This document shows positions 47,032 through 57,540 of a DNA stretch of 64,000 nt, piece by piece. Source of the DNA: Acidobacteriota bacterium (GTDB lineage Bacteria > Acidobacteriota > UBA6911 > RPQK01 > JADFOI01); the NCBI GenBank assembly GCA_963663035.1, contig OY760074.1, forward strand, positions 214,358 to 278,357, written 5' to 3'. The stretch's first letter is position 1; each line of letters begins with the position of its first letter. Made by a program: the position numbers and the translations under genes. Under the pieces are notes generated by a model that searched no databases, had not been told where the DNA came from, and saw only the letters and a list, made by a program, of their open reading frames with translations.

Positions 47032-47202
47032 TTGTCAAACCTCCCAGGGAAATGATCGACTTCGTACGCTCCTCTTATTGTAGAGAGTTGCGATTGAGAA
47101 GGGAAATCTCATTCTCTCTACGAGCGAAGTGAGTCTCAGGGTATACTCTGAGGAATTATTGCTGGAAGTTCTCTTACCTTTGACGAGGATTTTGACGTCA
47201 TC

Positions 47203-48693
47203 GTGGTCGGCTACGGCTATGCCGGGGCCATCACGGCCATCGAAGCGGCCAAGGCCGGAGCCCAGGTCCTGCTCACCGAGAAGATGCCAACCCCCGGCGG
47301 CATCTCGATTTGTTCAGGCGGAGCCGTGCGCAGCGCGCACGATGCCAATGAGGCCTTTGCTTACCTCAAGGCCACCTGCGGAGGGCGTACCCCTGACGAT
47401 GTGCTGCGCGTTCTGGCCGACGGTTTCGCGGCTGCCGAGGACTATGTTCGCCTGCTTGCCGAGGGCACGGGTGCAGTCATCAGCACCCGCGAGAAGGGAG
47501 GTAACTATCCCTTTCCGGGGGTCAACACTTTTTACCACACCAACATCGACGATCTGCCGGGCCTGGACGAGAGCTACTACCCGCATGTCTGCGCTCGGCC
47601 ATCAGCAAACGGCTGGCGCCTCTTCAAGGTTCTGGAGGACAACGTCGCCCGCCACAAGAATATCCAGGTTCGGCTGGAAATGCCGGCCAAGAGGCTGATC
47701 TCCAACGGAAAGAAGGAAGCGCTGGGCGTGACCTTCGAGACCAGGGACGGCCCACGACATGTCAAGGCGCGGCGGGGAGTTATCCTGGCCTGCGGTGGCT
47801 TCGAGGCCAATGAGGAGATGAAGCGACAGTATTGGGAGAAGGGGCCGGTGCTCACCGCCACCTCGAGAGCCAACACGGGAGACGGCATCCGCATGGCCCA
47901 GGATCTCGGTGCCGAGCTCTGGCACATGTGGCATTACCACGGAGCTTACGGGTTCAAGCATCCTGACCCCGACTACCCGGTGGCGATCAGGGTCAAGCGG
48001 CTGCCCGACTGGATGCCGGGCCGCGAGGCTACGGCCGGCGTCAAGATGGTCTGGATCCTGGTGGACCAGTACGGGAAAAGGTATATGAACGAATGCACAC
48101 CGTATACCCATGACACCGCCCACCGCCGGATGGAGTTCTTTGACACGGTGACACAGAGCTTCCCGCGCATTCCTTCCCACATGATCTTCGATGAAGAAGG
48201 TCGTGACCTCTACCAGATAGGTGCTCCCACCTACAACGAGCTGGGCATCGAATTCTCCTGGAGCGAGGACAATCTCAGGGAAGTGGAAATAGGGATCCTG
48301 AAACGTGCGGATTCGGTGCAGGAACTGGCCCAGATCATCAAGGCGGAGCCTGCCCTGCTGGAAGCGACCCTCGTCCGCTGGAACGAACTGTGCCAGCGCG
48401 GCCAGGACCAGGACTATGGCCGCCCGCCTGGCACCATGATGTCTGTGAGCACGCCGCCCTTCTACACGGGCCAGCTGTGGCCCGTGGTCTCGAACACCCA
48501 GGGAGGGCCCGTGCACAATACAAAGCAACAGATCATGTCTGTCTACGCTGAGCCGATCCCCCGGCTTTACTCAGCCGGAGAGCTGGGCAGCGCTTTCGGT
48601 TACCTGTATCTCTCGGGCGGCAACATCACCGAATGCTTCGTCACCGGGCGCATTGCGGGCCGCGAGGCCGCCGCCCTGAGCCCGTGGGGTTAA
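47203..48693 (+). CDS. FAD-dependent oxidoreductase (fumarate reductase/KstD-like flavoprotein, FAD_binding_2)
   Basis: GTG start in the track. The frame is open upstream to FDEDFDVIVVGYGYAGA (dinucleotide-binding fold), so the true start is probably earlier (no ATG; ATT or TTG possible). C-terminal GELGSAFGYLYLSGGN is typical. Confidence 0.7.
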   Translation: MVGYGYAGAITAIEAAKAGAQVLLTEKMPTPGGISICSGGAVRSAHDANEAFAYLKATCGGRTPDDVLRVLADGFAAAEDYVRLLAEGTGAVISTREKGGNYPFPGVNTFYHTNIDDLPGLDESYYPHVCARPSANGWRLFKVLEDNVARHKNIQVRLEMPAKRLISNGKKEALGVTFETRDGPRHVKARRGVILACGGFEANEEMKRQYWEKGPVLTATSRANTGDGIRMAQDLGAELWHMWHYHGAYGFKHPDPDYPVAIRVKRLPDWMPGREATAGVKMVWILVDQYGKRYMNECTPYTHDTAHRRMEFFDTVTQSFPRIPSHMIFDEEGRDLYQIGAPTYNELGIEFSWSEDNLREVEIGILKRADSVQELAQIIKAEPALLEATLVRWNELCQRGQDQDYGRPPGTMMSVSTPPFYTGQLWPVVSNTQGGPVHNTKQQIMSVYAEPIPRLYSAGELGSAFGYLYLSGGNITECFVTGRIAGREAAALSPWG

Positions 48694-48703
48694 GCTTGAC
48701 TAA

Positions 48704-48786
48704 GGCAGGTAGGGGCGCACAGCCGTGCTCCCAGAAACCTCTGTTTGTCAACGGGTTATAGGGCGCACGGCTGTGCGCCCCTACAC
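48704..48786. repeat. REP-B element (long form) between convergent genes
   Basis: GGCAGGTAGGGGCGCACAGCCGTGC ... 35 nt ... GCACGGCTGTGCGCCCCTAC. Inverted copies able to form a long hairpin. Confidence 0.45.
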
Positions 48787-48823
48787 AAGAAAGCTGGGTC
48801 AGCCGACTTTTGCGACACCCTAC

Positions 48824-49609
48824 TCAGCGCGCGGTGGAGCCGTCCAGGAAGCCAGCCACGGCGGCGTTGAAGGCTTCCGGATTGTCGAGGTTGGACAGGT
48901 GCCCAGCCTCGGGAATGACCTCCAGTTTTGCACCGGCGATGCTATCGGCCAGGTGTTGAGCGTGGGAGAGGGGTGTCCGGTCGTCCTGCTCACCCACCAC
49001 CACCAGCGTGGGGACACTCACCAGTCCCAGCAGTGGATTGACGTCGGTTGTCAGGACCGCCTTGAGCACTTCGAGGTAGCTCTTTTTGTCGAGCAGCGCT
49101 ATCATCCCGGCCAATTCCTGGCGTGTCTCCCGCGCCGTCGAGGGGCGAAGAATTTCTCCCGCGGCCTGCTTTCCAAAGTCTTTCATGGTCAGGTAGTGCA
49201 GCGCTTCCTGGATTGCGTAGAGGCGGTCTGATGCCAGAGCGGGATCAACCTGGGCAGTGCTGTCGGCCAGTACCAGGGAGCGGACACGCTGGGGCCAGCG
49301 AGCGTGGAAGGTCAGGCAAATGGATCCGCCCATGGAGAGCCCAATCATGTGAGCGGACTCGATGCCCAGGACATCCAGACCGGCCTTGAGATCATCTGCA
49401 GCGTTCTCAATAGAGAAGGGACCGTTGCCCGAGGACTGACCGTGACAGCGGCAATCGAAAGCCACAGCATCAAACCGGTCACCCAGCTCATCGATCAGGC
49501 TACGCCAGACTTGGCCACTCGCAGCCAGGTTGTGGACCAACACGGTTGCCGGGCCTTTCCCTTCCCGTATGTAGAACAAGACTTCGCCGTTGGCCTCAAT
49601 CGTGGGCAT
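48824..49609 (-). CDS. Alpha/beta-hydrolase (3-oxoadipate enol-lactonase-like)
   Basis: 261 aa. HNLAASG...GLSMGG nucleophile elbow. C-terminal GHLSNLDNPEAF (His of triad). Confidence 0.8.
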   Translation of the reverse strand: MPTIEANGEVLFYIREGKGPATVLVHNLAASGQVWRSLIDELGDRFDAVAFDCRCHGQSSGNGPFSIENAADDLKAGLDVLGIESAHMIGLSMGGSICLTFHARWPQRVRSLVLADSTAQVDPALASDRLYAIQEALHYLTMKDFGKQAAGEILRPSTARETRQELAGMIALLDKKSYLEVLKAVLTTDVNPLLGLVSVPTLVVVGEQDDRTPLSHAQHLADSIAGAKLEVIPEAGHLSNLDNPEAFNAAVAGFLDGSTAR

Positions 49610-49613
49610 ATCG

Positions 49614-50639
49614 CTAAAAATATTTATCGATCATCTGCGTGAGATCTTGCTGCTCCCGGGCGTCCATTTCAAGGACGCCCTCGACCATGCCCTGGATCTC
49701 CTCTCCCGGTAAATAATGAACGTAGAGGTTCCGCCGGGCCGTAGAAGCAATGAAATCCTCACTCTCCAGGCTCTTTTGAAGGGAGGTGTGCAAGAACTCA
49801 ACTCGTTGGCTGGGGACTCCCGGAGGGCTGATCACGGCGCGCCCAATTTTCTCCAAGGCCAGTTCCCACTCCAGCCATTTTCGTGCCTCTTCAGTAATAT
49901 CGGGGAACTCGAATATTGTGGGCACATCTGGGATTTCCTCCACACGAACGTTGTTGACCACCACCAGTGGAGTGAAGAGCCCGGCCTGGAAAGAATCCAA
50001 TGCCGGGAGGACTGAAACGCAAAAGGCATGGACCTCGTTGCGCATGATGGCCAGCTCTACGTCGGATTTCCCACGATACCCCGCTACCAGGCGGACATTT
50101 TCAATTTGTAGAGCTTCCGTGAGCAAGACGGTGCGAATGGAGTACATGTCGTATTTGCTCATGGTGCCCAGTTTGAAAGCCGGAAGTGTCTTGAAGGTCT
50201 CAAGCGATGGGTCTTCAAAGGTGCCTCCCACCGCTAGAGCCCAGGAGTCGTAACTGAAGCGGCCCAGCCAGTTAAATTGACGAAGGTCATAGCGGGCGGA
50301 TTCACTTTCCAGGATTTGATTCACGTAGGGTCCTACGGCAGTGGCGATTCCGATGGTTAACCCATCCTTTCGGGCCGAATTGTAAAGATAATTGAGAGAA
50401 AGGAGTCCTCCTGCTCCCGGCATGTTTCTCACGATGACGGTGGCTCCAGTGTGTTTTGAGAGCTCGGGAGCCATCATGCGGGCCCAGGCATCGTAGCCGC
50501 CCCCCGGGGAAGTCGGAACGATGATCTCCAGTACCCTCCCCCTGTAAAAATCCTCTGGCGCCAGGGCAGTCGAGTCCTGTTGGCAACCCACTTGCAGCAG
50601 CACAATAACCAACGCGGCCCATGGAGAAAATCGCATCAA
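49614..50639 (-). CDS. tctC: Tripartite tricarboxylate transporter substrate-binding protein TctC (Bug family)
   Basis: 341 aa. Lipoprotein signal (LLQVGC). Bug-family body (IVPTSPGGGYDAWARMMAPEL..., VRNMPGAGG). Confidence 0.75.
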   Translation of the reverse strand: MMRFSPWAALVIVLLQVGCQQDSTALAPEDFYRGRVLEIIVPTSPGGGYDAWARMMAPELSKHTGATVIVRNMPGAGGLLSLNYLYNSARKDGLTIGIATAVGPYVNQILESESARYDLRQFNWLGRFSYDSWALAVGGTFEDPSLETFKTLPAFKLGTMSKYDMYSIRTVLLTEALQIENVRLVAGYRGKSDVELAIMRNEVHAFCVSVLPALDSFQAGLFTPLVVVNNVRVEEIPDVPTIFEFPDITEEARKWLEWELALEKIGRAVISPPGVPSQRVEFLHTSLQKSLESEDFIASTARRNLYVHYLPGEEIQGMVEGVLEMDAREQQDLTQMIDKYF

Positions 50640-50652
50640 TGCTCCAGTTCAA

Positions 50653-52590
50653 TCAGGTTGGGGACCCACCTAGAAGGATTCCCGGATAGAGGGGTACCGA
50701 GAGGAGTTGAACAAACAAGAGATGTATTGTGAGAGAAAGGACGAGCGCAAGGCTCAGAGACAACAACCAACTCTCCTTGTGTATCCGCAAGTAAACAACG
50801 GTAAAGACCGGAAGCACAAAAGTAAATCCTACCAGGTAAATTCCCAACACGAAGCAAAGGATCGATAGGGAAGCCCGGATGGAAGAGCCATATTGACCAG
50901 GACGGAGGTCCGATAGGAATTGTGCCCACCTCAAATGCCTGGTTTGGGAATAAAGTTCTGTGGAGAGAAGGCCGATCATGGGAATTCCAATGACCCACGG
51001 TCCCAACATCGCCCGCGGAGAGTATTGAAGAGAAAGGGCCAGCCCGGACAGAGAAATGGCGAAGAGCAGGAAGGTGAAGGCGAAGCCAAACACCGAAGTG
51101 GAGTCTGAAGAAGCGGGCGCCACACGTTGCCTAGTCCTGTGAGTATAAACGAGTCCGGCCAGGGTCAAAGCGATCAGAACCATCGACACCGGTCTCAGGA
51201 AGAAGGTGCTTCCATAGGCGCCTAAGGAGATGTACAGATTGGTCTCCACGATCTGGCCCAGGATAAAGCCCAGAAGCAGTGCCGGGAGATTGTAGCCAAG
51301 GGCTTTCATGGCCCAGCCGAAGGCTCCCAGAAGCAGCATCATGAAGAGATCTGAAATGTTTGTCTCGGTACTGAAGGCTCCCACCGTGATCAGGATAAGG
51401 ATCACGGGAAACAGGATAGGAGCCCGCACGAAGGCAACTTTTGCCAAGCTGTTTGTGAGGAGCAGAATCAGGATACAGGCCAGTACATTGGCTAAAACCA
51501 GGGTCGCAATCAGCGAGAAGACGATATCGGCATGATCGGTCAACAGAGCGGGCCCAGGTGTCAGACCCACAATTAAGAAGGCTCCCAACAAGATCGCCAT
51601 CGAGGCACTTCCAGGAATTCCAAAGGCCAAGGTAGGCAAGAGGGCACCACCTTCCTTGGCATTGTTGGCGCTTTCGGGTGCGATGACTCCTTCGATATGG
51701 CCGGAGCCGAATTCCTGGGAATGCTTTGAAGTTTGTTTCGCATAACCATAGGCAACAAAAGGCGCCGTCTCGCCGCCCACGCCTGGAATGATTCCCACCA
51801 CACATCCAATCGCAGAACAGCGCAGGACCAGCCACCAGTGGCTCAAAGCGCTTCGGATTCCCTCCACTAGATCCGCCTTGATAGCCGTGCCAGGCCTCTC
51901 AACCTGGGCCAGCGCTTTGCCTTTTGTGGCCAAATCCAAGAGGGTCGGAATTGCGAAGAGCCCCAGAACCAGCGGAATCAGTTTGATGCCGTCGTAAAGG
52001 TAGAGGCTGCCAAAAGTAAATCGCGGCACCCCGGTCAGTCCCTGATAGCCCACGAAAGAAAACAAGATACCCACTCCTCCGGAGACCAGCCCTTTCACAG
52101 TAGATTCCCTGGAGATGATGGCGATGAAAGAGAGGGCAAGGATCCCGAAAAAAAATGTTTCGGGTGAGCCAAAGACCATCACCACGCTGGAGACCACTGG
52201 AATCAGGGCAGCCAGCACGAAAGCCCCGAAGCATCCTCCCAGCATGGAGGCGACGAAGGCTGCACCCAGGGCCTGGCCGGACTTTCCTTTTTTCGTTAAG
52301 GGAAAGCCATCAATGAGGGTGGCTGCATTGGGTGAAGCCCCTGGAATATTGAGGAGGATGGCGGTCACGGCTCCCCCCGAGTAGACGACCGAGTGAACCG
52401 CCAGCAGGAAGGTCAGAGCATGGACGCGCTCCATGTCATAAATCAGAGGGGTGAGAATGGCCAGGGCCACAATCCCGCTGAGACCCGGGAGAATTCCAAA
52501 CAGGAGGCCGATGACCACCCCGATGACAATGAGCACCAGGATATCCGGCTGAAAAATGGTGAGTGTTCCTGTGACGATGGCTTCAAGCAT
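50653..52590 (-). CDS. tctA: TctA-family permease with C-terminal TctB-like 4-TM extension (apparent TctA-TctB fusion)
   Basis: 645 aa. The first roughly 500 aa are TctA-like (GILPGLSG...two repeated halves). The last roughly 145 aa are an extra small multi-TM domain, the size of TctB. Confidence 0.65.
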   Translation of the reverse strand: MLEAIVTGTLTIFQPDILVLIVIGVVIGLLFGILPGLSGIVALAILTPLIYDMERVHALTFLLAVHSVVYSGGAVTAILLNIPGASPNAATLIDGFPLTKKGKSGQALGAAFVASMLGGCFGAFVLAALIPVVSSVVMVFGSPETFFFGILALSFIAIISRESTVKGLVSGGVGILFSFVGYQGLTGVPRFTFGSLYLYDGIKLIPLVLGLFAIPTLLDLATKGKALAQVERPGTAIKADLVEGIRSALSHWWLVLRCSAIGCVVGIIPGVGGETAPFVAYGYAKQTSKHSQEFGSGHIEGVIAPESANNAKEGGALLPTLAFGIPGSASMAILLGAFLIVGLTPGPALLTDHADIVFSLIATLVLANVLACILILLLTNSLAKVAFVRAPILFPVILILITVGAFSTETNISDLFMMLLLGAFGWAMKALGYNLPALLLGFILGQIVETNLYISLGAYGSTFFLRPVSMVLIALTLAGLVYTHRTRQRVAPASSDSTSVFGFAFTFLLFAISLSGLALSLQYSPRAMLGPWVIGIPMIGLLSTELYSQTRHLRWAQFLSDLRPGQYGSSIRASLSILCFVLGIYLVGFTFVLPVFTVVYLRIHKESWLLSLSLALVLSLTIHLLFVQLLSVPLYPGILLGGSPT

Positions 52591-52673
52591 TTTTCACAGC
52601 TGTAGTGCCGTCGATGAGGATTTTGATTCTACAATGAATCAGTCGGAAGGGAAACGTGGGGACAGGAGAGTGG

Positions 52674-52787
52674 CTAGGCGGGATTATGCCTTATTCCGGC
52701 TACACCGGATCAAAGGCCGGTAGTACCGTGCCGGTATCCTCTGATCAACAGCACGGACTGACGGCTGGCTTTGCCTCCTGCCTGATA
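52674..52787. mobile_element. IS/MITE remnant: degenerate IR-IR palindrome plus a 47-bp internal fragment of the IS transposase gene
   Basis: CTAGGCGGGATTATGCCTTATTCCGGCTAC (compare 25624). Then 52741-52787 matches transposase-gene positions 20194-20240 (CTGGATCAACAGCACGGACTGACGGCTGGCTTTGCCTCCTGCCTGA). Confidence 0.5.
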
Positions 52788-53334
52788 GCCTGTGAAGCTT
52801 CTCATTCAGCTGGTAAAAGTCTTCGGCATCTCTAATGCAGAAGAAGTCCAGTCGCAAGCGTAGACGCGTGTCCACTGGAATCTCGGGTGCAAGGATCTCG
52901 ATGGAGTTCATAGAGTAGGTCATGACTTCGTTACTAAAGTGGACCTGCATGTTGACAAACAAACTGCAAAGGAGAACGAGCATGGCCATGACGTTAAACA
53001 GGACATGATGCTTGGCGAATTGGAAAAGTGTTTCTATTGACTCTCTGGGACTTGTCCTGCTCAGGATGAAGTTGGCGGCCCACAGGCTGACATAGCCGAT
53101 TGCCACTACCATGAGTGCCAGGATGCTGAGGTAGGCGAACGCATTCATCAGTTCAAAGCCTTTGGTTGCTTCTCGGTAGATGGCGTCTCGGAATGAGGGC
53201 GAGATTGCCGCCAGAAGTCTTACCGCCCAGTCCATTGGCGAGAATAAACCTTGCCAGACACCATAGGCAAGACTACCTAACAAAAGTACGGCCTTGATGC
53301 GCCCCAGAATCAAAAGCTTGTGACCCATTTTCAC
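52684..53334 (-). CDS. Hypothetical membrane protein; its 3-prime end reads into the IS remnant
   Basis: 216 aa, 4 TM helices. The last roughly 35 codons are encoded by the IS-derived remnant, so the native C-terminus was probably replaced. Confidence 0.4.
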   Translation of the reverse strand: MKMGHKLLILGRIKAVLLLGSLAYGVWQGLFSPMDWAVRLLAAISPSFRDAIYREATKGFELMNAFAYLSILALMVVAIGYVSLWAANFILSRTSPRESIETLFQFAKHHVLFNVMAMLVLLCSLFVNMQVHFSNEVMTYSMNSIEILAPEIPVDTRLRLRLDFFCIRDAEDFYQLNEKLHRLSGRRQSQPSVRAVDQRIPARYYRPLIRCSRNKA

Positions 53335-53349
53335 TTCACCTCTCCCTGT

Positions 53350-54860
53350 ATAATCGGTTTGTTACCTTATCCTTAAACTATCGGTTTGTTCTAAAGACTA
53401 CCTCGTCGACTGAAAGAGGTTCCGTCAATAAGTGTGTAAATAGACATCAGGCGGCTTTCTCCTGGGTGACTGGGTTGACTGGAACTCCATTGACATATTG
53501 GGCTCCTTGGTAGACATCCTTCATCAAGTGGGGAGCCTTCAAACGGCGAAATCTCTTCTCAGCGACCAGCAGCATCTTCCAGATGACAGCCCGTGCGTTG
53601 GCCACTTTCTTGAACCTTCGAGCAGCATCGGTTCGCAGTCGCAGAGCAGAGAAGGGAGACTCCACTGGGTTGGTAGTCCGCAGATGTTGCCACTGCTGTT
53701 TGGGATAGTTGTAAAACGTCACCATCCGCTCCCAGTCCTGGTCGATCAGATCAGCCGCTGCCTCCAGGCCTCTCTTGCTACACCAATGTTGGAATCGTCC
53801 TTTGACTCGCTCGGCTTCCTGCCGTGTTTCTGCATAAGGGATCTGCCGCAACATCAACAAGGCCGCTTTGTGCCGACTCTTGGGGATCTTGGCCAGCAAG
53901 TTGACGATGCGATGATTCCAGCATCTCTGCTCGTCGGCTTCTGGGAACACGTTGCGCAACGCTCCCCAGATCCCCAGATGCCCGTCAGCGATCACCAGAC
54001 GGGGTGGGTTCATCCCCCGCTCTTTGAGATCCCGCAGCACTGCGGACCAGCTCTGGGTCGATTCTCGATAACCACTACTGACGGACACCACCACTTTAGT
54101 GCCATCACTTAAAGCGGCGATCACTACCAGAATCACGGCCTTCTCCTTCTCCAGCCCTGCTTTGATGTACACGCCGTCCGCCCACAAATACACGACTTCC
54201 AGATCATCCAGCCGACGGCTCTGCCAGGCCTCCATTTCTCCCTGCCACTTCTGTTTCAACCGGGCTACGGTGCTGGGGGACAGCGGCGCTTCTTCCCCTA
54301 AAAGCCCTCTCAAGGCCAGATCGAAATCCCCCTCGGCCAGACCATGTAAATAGAGTTCTGGAATCAAGTCTCGTACCTCTCGCGTTCGCTTGGCAAACAG
54401 CGGCAAGACCCGGCTCTCAAAACGCTCTTCCAGATCCCGCACTCGGGGACGCCGCAGCTTGATCGTTCCGCAACTCATCGTCAGTCGCCGCTCCTTGCCG
54501 TAGCCGTTGCGATAGCCACCGGAGGCGTCCACTTCTCGGCGACGCTCATTCTTTCTTCGTCCCAGCAGCTGTGTCACTTCATCCTCCAGCAGTTCCTGTA
54601 CGTAAAACTGGATCTGCTCTCGCACCCACTCTTCCAGCTGTTCAAAGCAGACTCTTGACTCCACACTGTGATCAATGTTCTTCTTGCTCATGGCGGTGTG
54701 ACTCCTTCCTTTCGGGCTCTTCCGCCCGGGTTTTTATTTTCACCCGGAAGGATAATCACCGCCTGTGCTATTTACACACCTTTTGAGGGTAGCTCCGACT
54801 GAAATGATCGGTTTGCTAGTCGACGAATCTGAACGGCAGAAGAGTAGACTGCTGAGTAGC
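53350..54860 (-). mobile_element. IS256-family insertion sequence (boundaries approximate)
   Basis: Single Mutator-type transposase ORF with about 100-170 bp non-coding ends. The ends share ATCGGTTTG and CGACTGAAA motifs, but clean terminal IRs and TSD could not be resolved by eye. Confidence 0.5.
53447..54691 (-). CDS. IS256-family (Mutator-like) transposase
   Basis: 414 aa. YLWADGVYIK, ALSDG, CWNHRIVNLL and TTNPVESPFSALR motifs are diagnostic of Transposase_mut/IS256. Confidence 0.85.
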   Translation of the reverse strand: MSKKNIDHSVESRVCFEQLEEWVREQIQFYVQELLEDEVTQLLGRRKNERRREVDASGGYRNGYGKERRLTMSCGTIKLRRPRVRDLEERFESRVLPLFAKRTREVRDLIPELYLHGLAEGDFDLALRGLLGEEAPLSPSTVARLKQKWQGEMEAWQSRRLDDLEVVYLWADGVYIKAGLEKEKAVILVVIAALSDGTKVVVSVSSGYRESTQSWSAVLRDLKERGMNPPRLVIADGHLGIWGALRNVFPEADEQRCWNHRIVNLLAKIPKSRHKAALLMLRQIPYAETRQEAERVKGRFQHWCSKRGLEAAADLIDQDWERMVTFYNYPKQQWQHLRTTNPVESPFSALRLRTDAARRFKKVANARAVIWKMLLVAEKRFRRLKAPHLMKDVYQGAQYVNGVPVNPVTQEKAA

Positions 54861-54873
54861 TACCCTTCTGGAC

Positions 54874-55107
54874 TTAAACGGCTTGTCTACTGACGAGTTG
54901 CTCAACTGGACGAGACGCGGCCTGATACGTGCTGTCATCCAAGGGCCACGGTTCAAGCCAAAGCTCTCCAACATTCTGGCCGGAGAACAGTTTCTCCGTC
55001 ATCTGCTGTGAGAGTTTTGCTACTTCTTCTGTGGATCCATTCGATCTTAGCGACAGGAACTTAATCTCCCCTTCGACATCAGCTAGAACTAGATATTTAT
55101 TTGACAT
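54874..55107 (-). CDS. Small hypothetical protein
   Basis: 77-aa ORF with no recognisable motif. Adjacent to the IS256 end. Confidence 0.25.
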   Translation of the reverse strand: MSNKYLVLADVEGEIKFLSLRSNGSTEEVAKLSQQMTEKLFSGQNVGELWLEPWPLDDSTYQAASRPVEQLVSRQAV

Positions 55108-55315
55108 GCCAAACTAATAAGCAAGTTCTGTTCCAAAGTGTAGAAGTATCGGTAATGCTTGCCCAGCAGCCAGCATTTCTGGGCTTTTCAAAGGAGTTCA
55201 AGCACTTCCCCAGTGGCTGGTAAAATGACCGAAAGTGTCAACGCAGGTTTACACCGGTTAATCTGCGGAAACAGCGCGCAGGCCTAGCCGAGCACGCTCC
55301 GCGCGCCTTCCAGGT

Positions 55316-55420
55316 TTGGGATTTGGGATTTGTTTGGGATTTGGAATCTCCGACTGTCAGCTGTCAGTTGTCAGCGTTTCGCCGGTCAGCCGGTCAGCCG
55401 GTCAGCCGGTCCAGGGGCAG
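55316..55420. repeat. Three abutting short tandem-repeat blocks downstream of the last opp gene
   Basis: (TTTGGGA)x4 degenerate, (TGTCAGC)x3, (CCGGTCAGC)x4. Not CRISPR-like (no spacers, units 7-9 bp). Confidence 0.6.
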
Positions 55421-56396
55421 GCCACGGCGCGCCCGTTCTTTATTTCCAGAACCGGGTCTTCTTCCGAACAGGAAGGGCGGGCTATGGGGCATCGGGTGTG
55501 AAAGCTGCATCCAGAGGGTTTTCGGATTGGATTCGGTACATCCCCCTCCAGACGGATCCGCTCCTCATGGGTTGCCAGCGGGTCTGGACGGGGAACCGCC
55601 GAGAGCAGGGCCTGGGAATAGGGATGCAAAGGGTTTTTGTAAACACTCTCGCCCTGGCCCAGTTCCACGATGTTTCCCAGATACATGACCGCTATTCGAT
55701 CTGAGATGTGACGCACCACCGATAGGTCGTGAGCAATGAAGATATAGGAGAGATTGAACTCTTCCTGCAGGTCCTGCATCAGATTGACCACCTGAGCTTG
55801 AATGGACACATCCAGTGCGCTGACCGGCTCGTCCGCTATGACAATTTCGGGATTCGTCGACAGCGCCCGGGCGATGCCGATGCGCTGGCGTTGTCCACCG
55901 GAAAACTCATGGGGATAGCGAGCGGCGTGCTCGCCCGCCAAACCCACCTTTTCCAGCAGCCAGACCACCTTATCGCGGCGTTCACTGGCAGAAAAGTCGG
56001 AATGGATTTTGAGAGGCTCCCCCACAATCTGACCGACCGTCATGCGCGGGTTGAGCGAGGAATAGGGATCCTGAAAAATCATCTGAATAGCGGAGCGGTA
56101 AGGACGCATCTGCGACCGGCTTAAGCTGGTGAGGTCCACACTCTCTCCGCCATGGTGATAGAGGATCTCACCCGAGATCTCAACACCATAACTCATGGCA
56201 TGCAGGATGTTGACGATGGCGCGGCCCACCGTGCTCTTGCCGCAGCCCGACTCTCCGACCAGGCCCAGGGTCTCACCTTTGAGAAGATCAAAGCTCATGC
56301 CGTCGACGGCCTTTACCTCGGCAATCTTGCGCAGCAGGACCCCCCCGAAAACGGAAAATCGAACGCGGAGATCCTTGACCTCGAGAATCTTCTCCA

Positions 56397-56397
<1 letters not shown>
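55402..56397 (-). CDS. ABC transporter ATP-binding protein, OppF/DppF-type
   Basis: Walker [18 protein letters not shown] signature, Walker [14 protein letters not shown]-terminal oligopeptide-ABC extension with Cys residues. Confidence 0.85.
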
Positions 56398-57398
<1,001 letters not shown>

Positions 57399-57420
57399 AA
57401 ACGCGCAAGAGGCAAACCTG

Positions 57421-57493
57421 CCCGCAGGCTAAAGCCTGCGGCTCTGATCGGAAGAAACGAGGAACAGTCAGAGCCGTGGGCTTTAGCCCACGG
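57421..57493. repeat. REP-A element (two perfect 9-bp-stem hairpins) inside the opp operon
   Basis: CCGCAGGCT-AA-AGCCTGCGG ... CCGTGGGCT-TT-AGCCCACGG in the 142-bp gap between the D-type ATPase gene and the permease gene. Confidence 0.5.
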
Positions 57494-57540
57494 GCCATCT
57501 TGACCAGGCGACTTCTGAATGATCCGGGCGCTGAGAATTA

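Noticed and set aside
53350-54860. Precise terminal inverted repeats and TSD of the IS256-family element
   Set aside because: Both ends share short motifs (ATCGGTTTG, CGACTGAAA), but I could not align a convincing 20-40-bp IR pair or flanking 8-9-bp duplication by eye. Boundaries are given only approximately.
55316-55420. Possible CRISPR array
   Set aside because: Repeat units are only 7-9 bp with no unique spacers and no cas genes nearby. This is a simple tandem repeat, not CRISPR.
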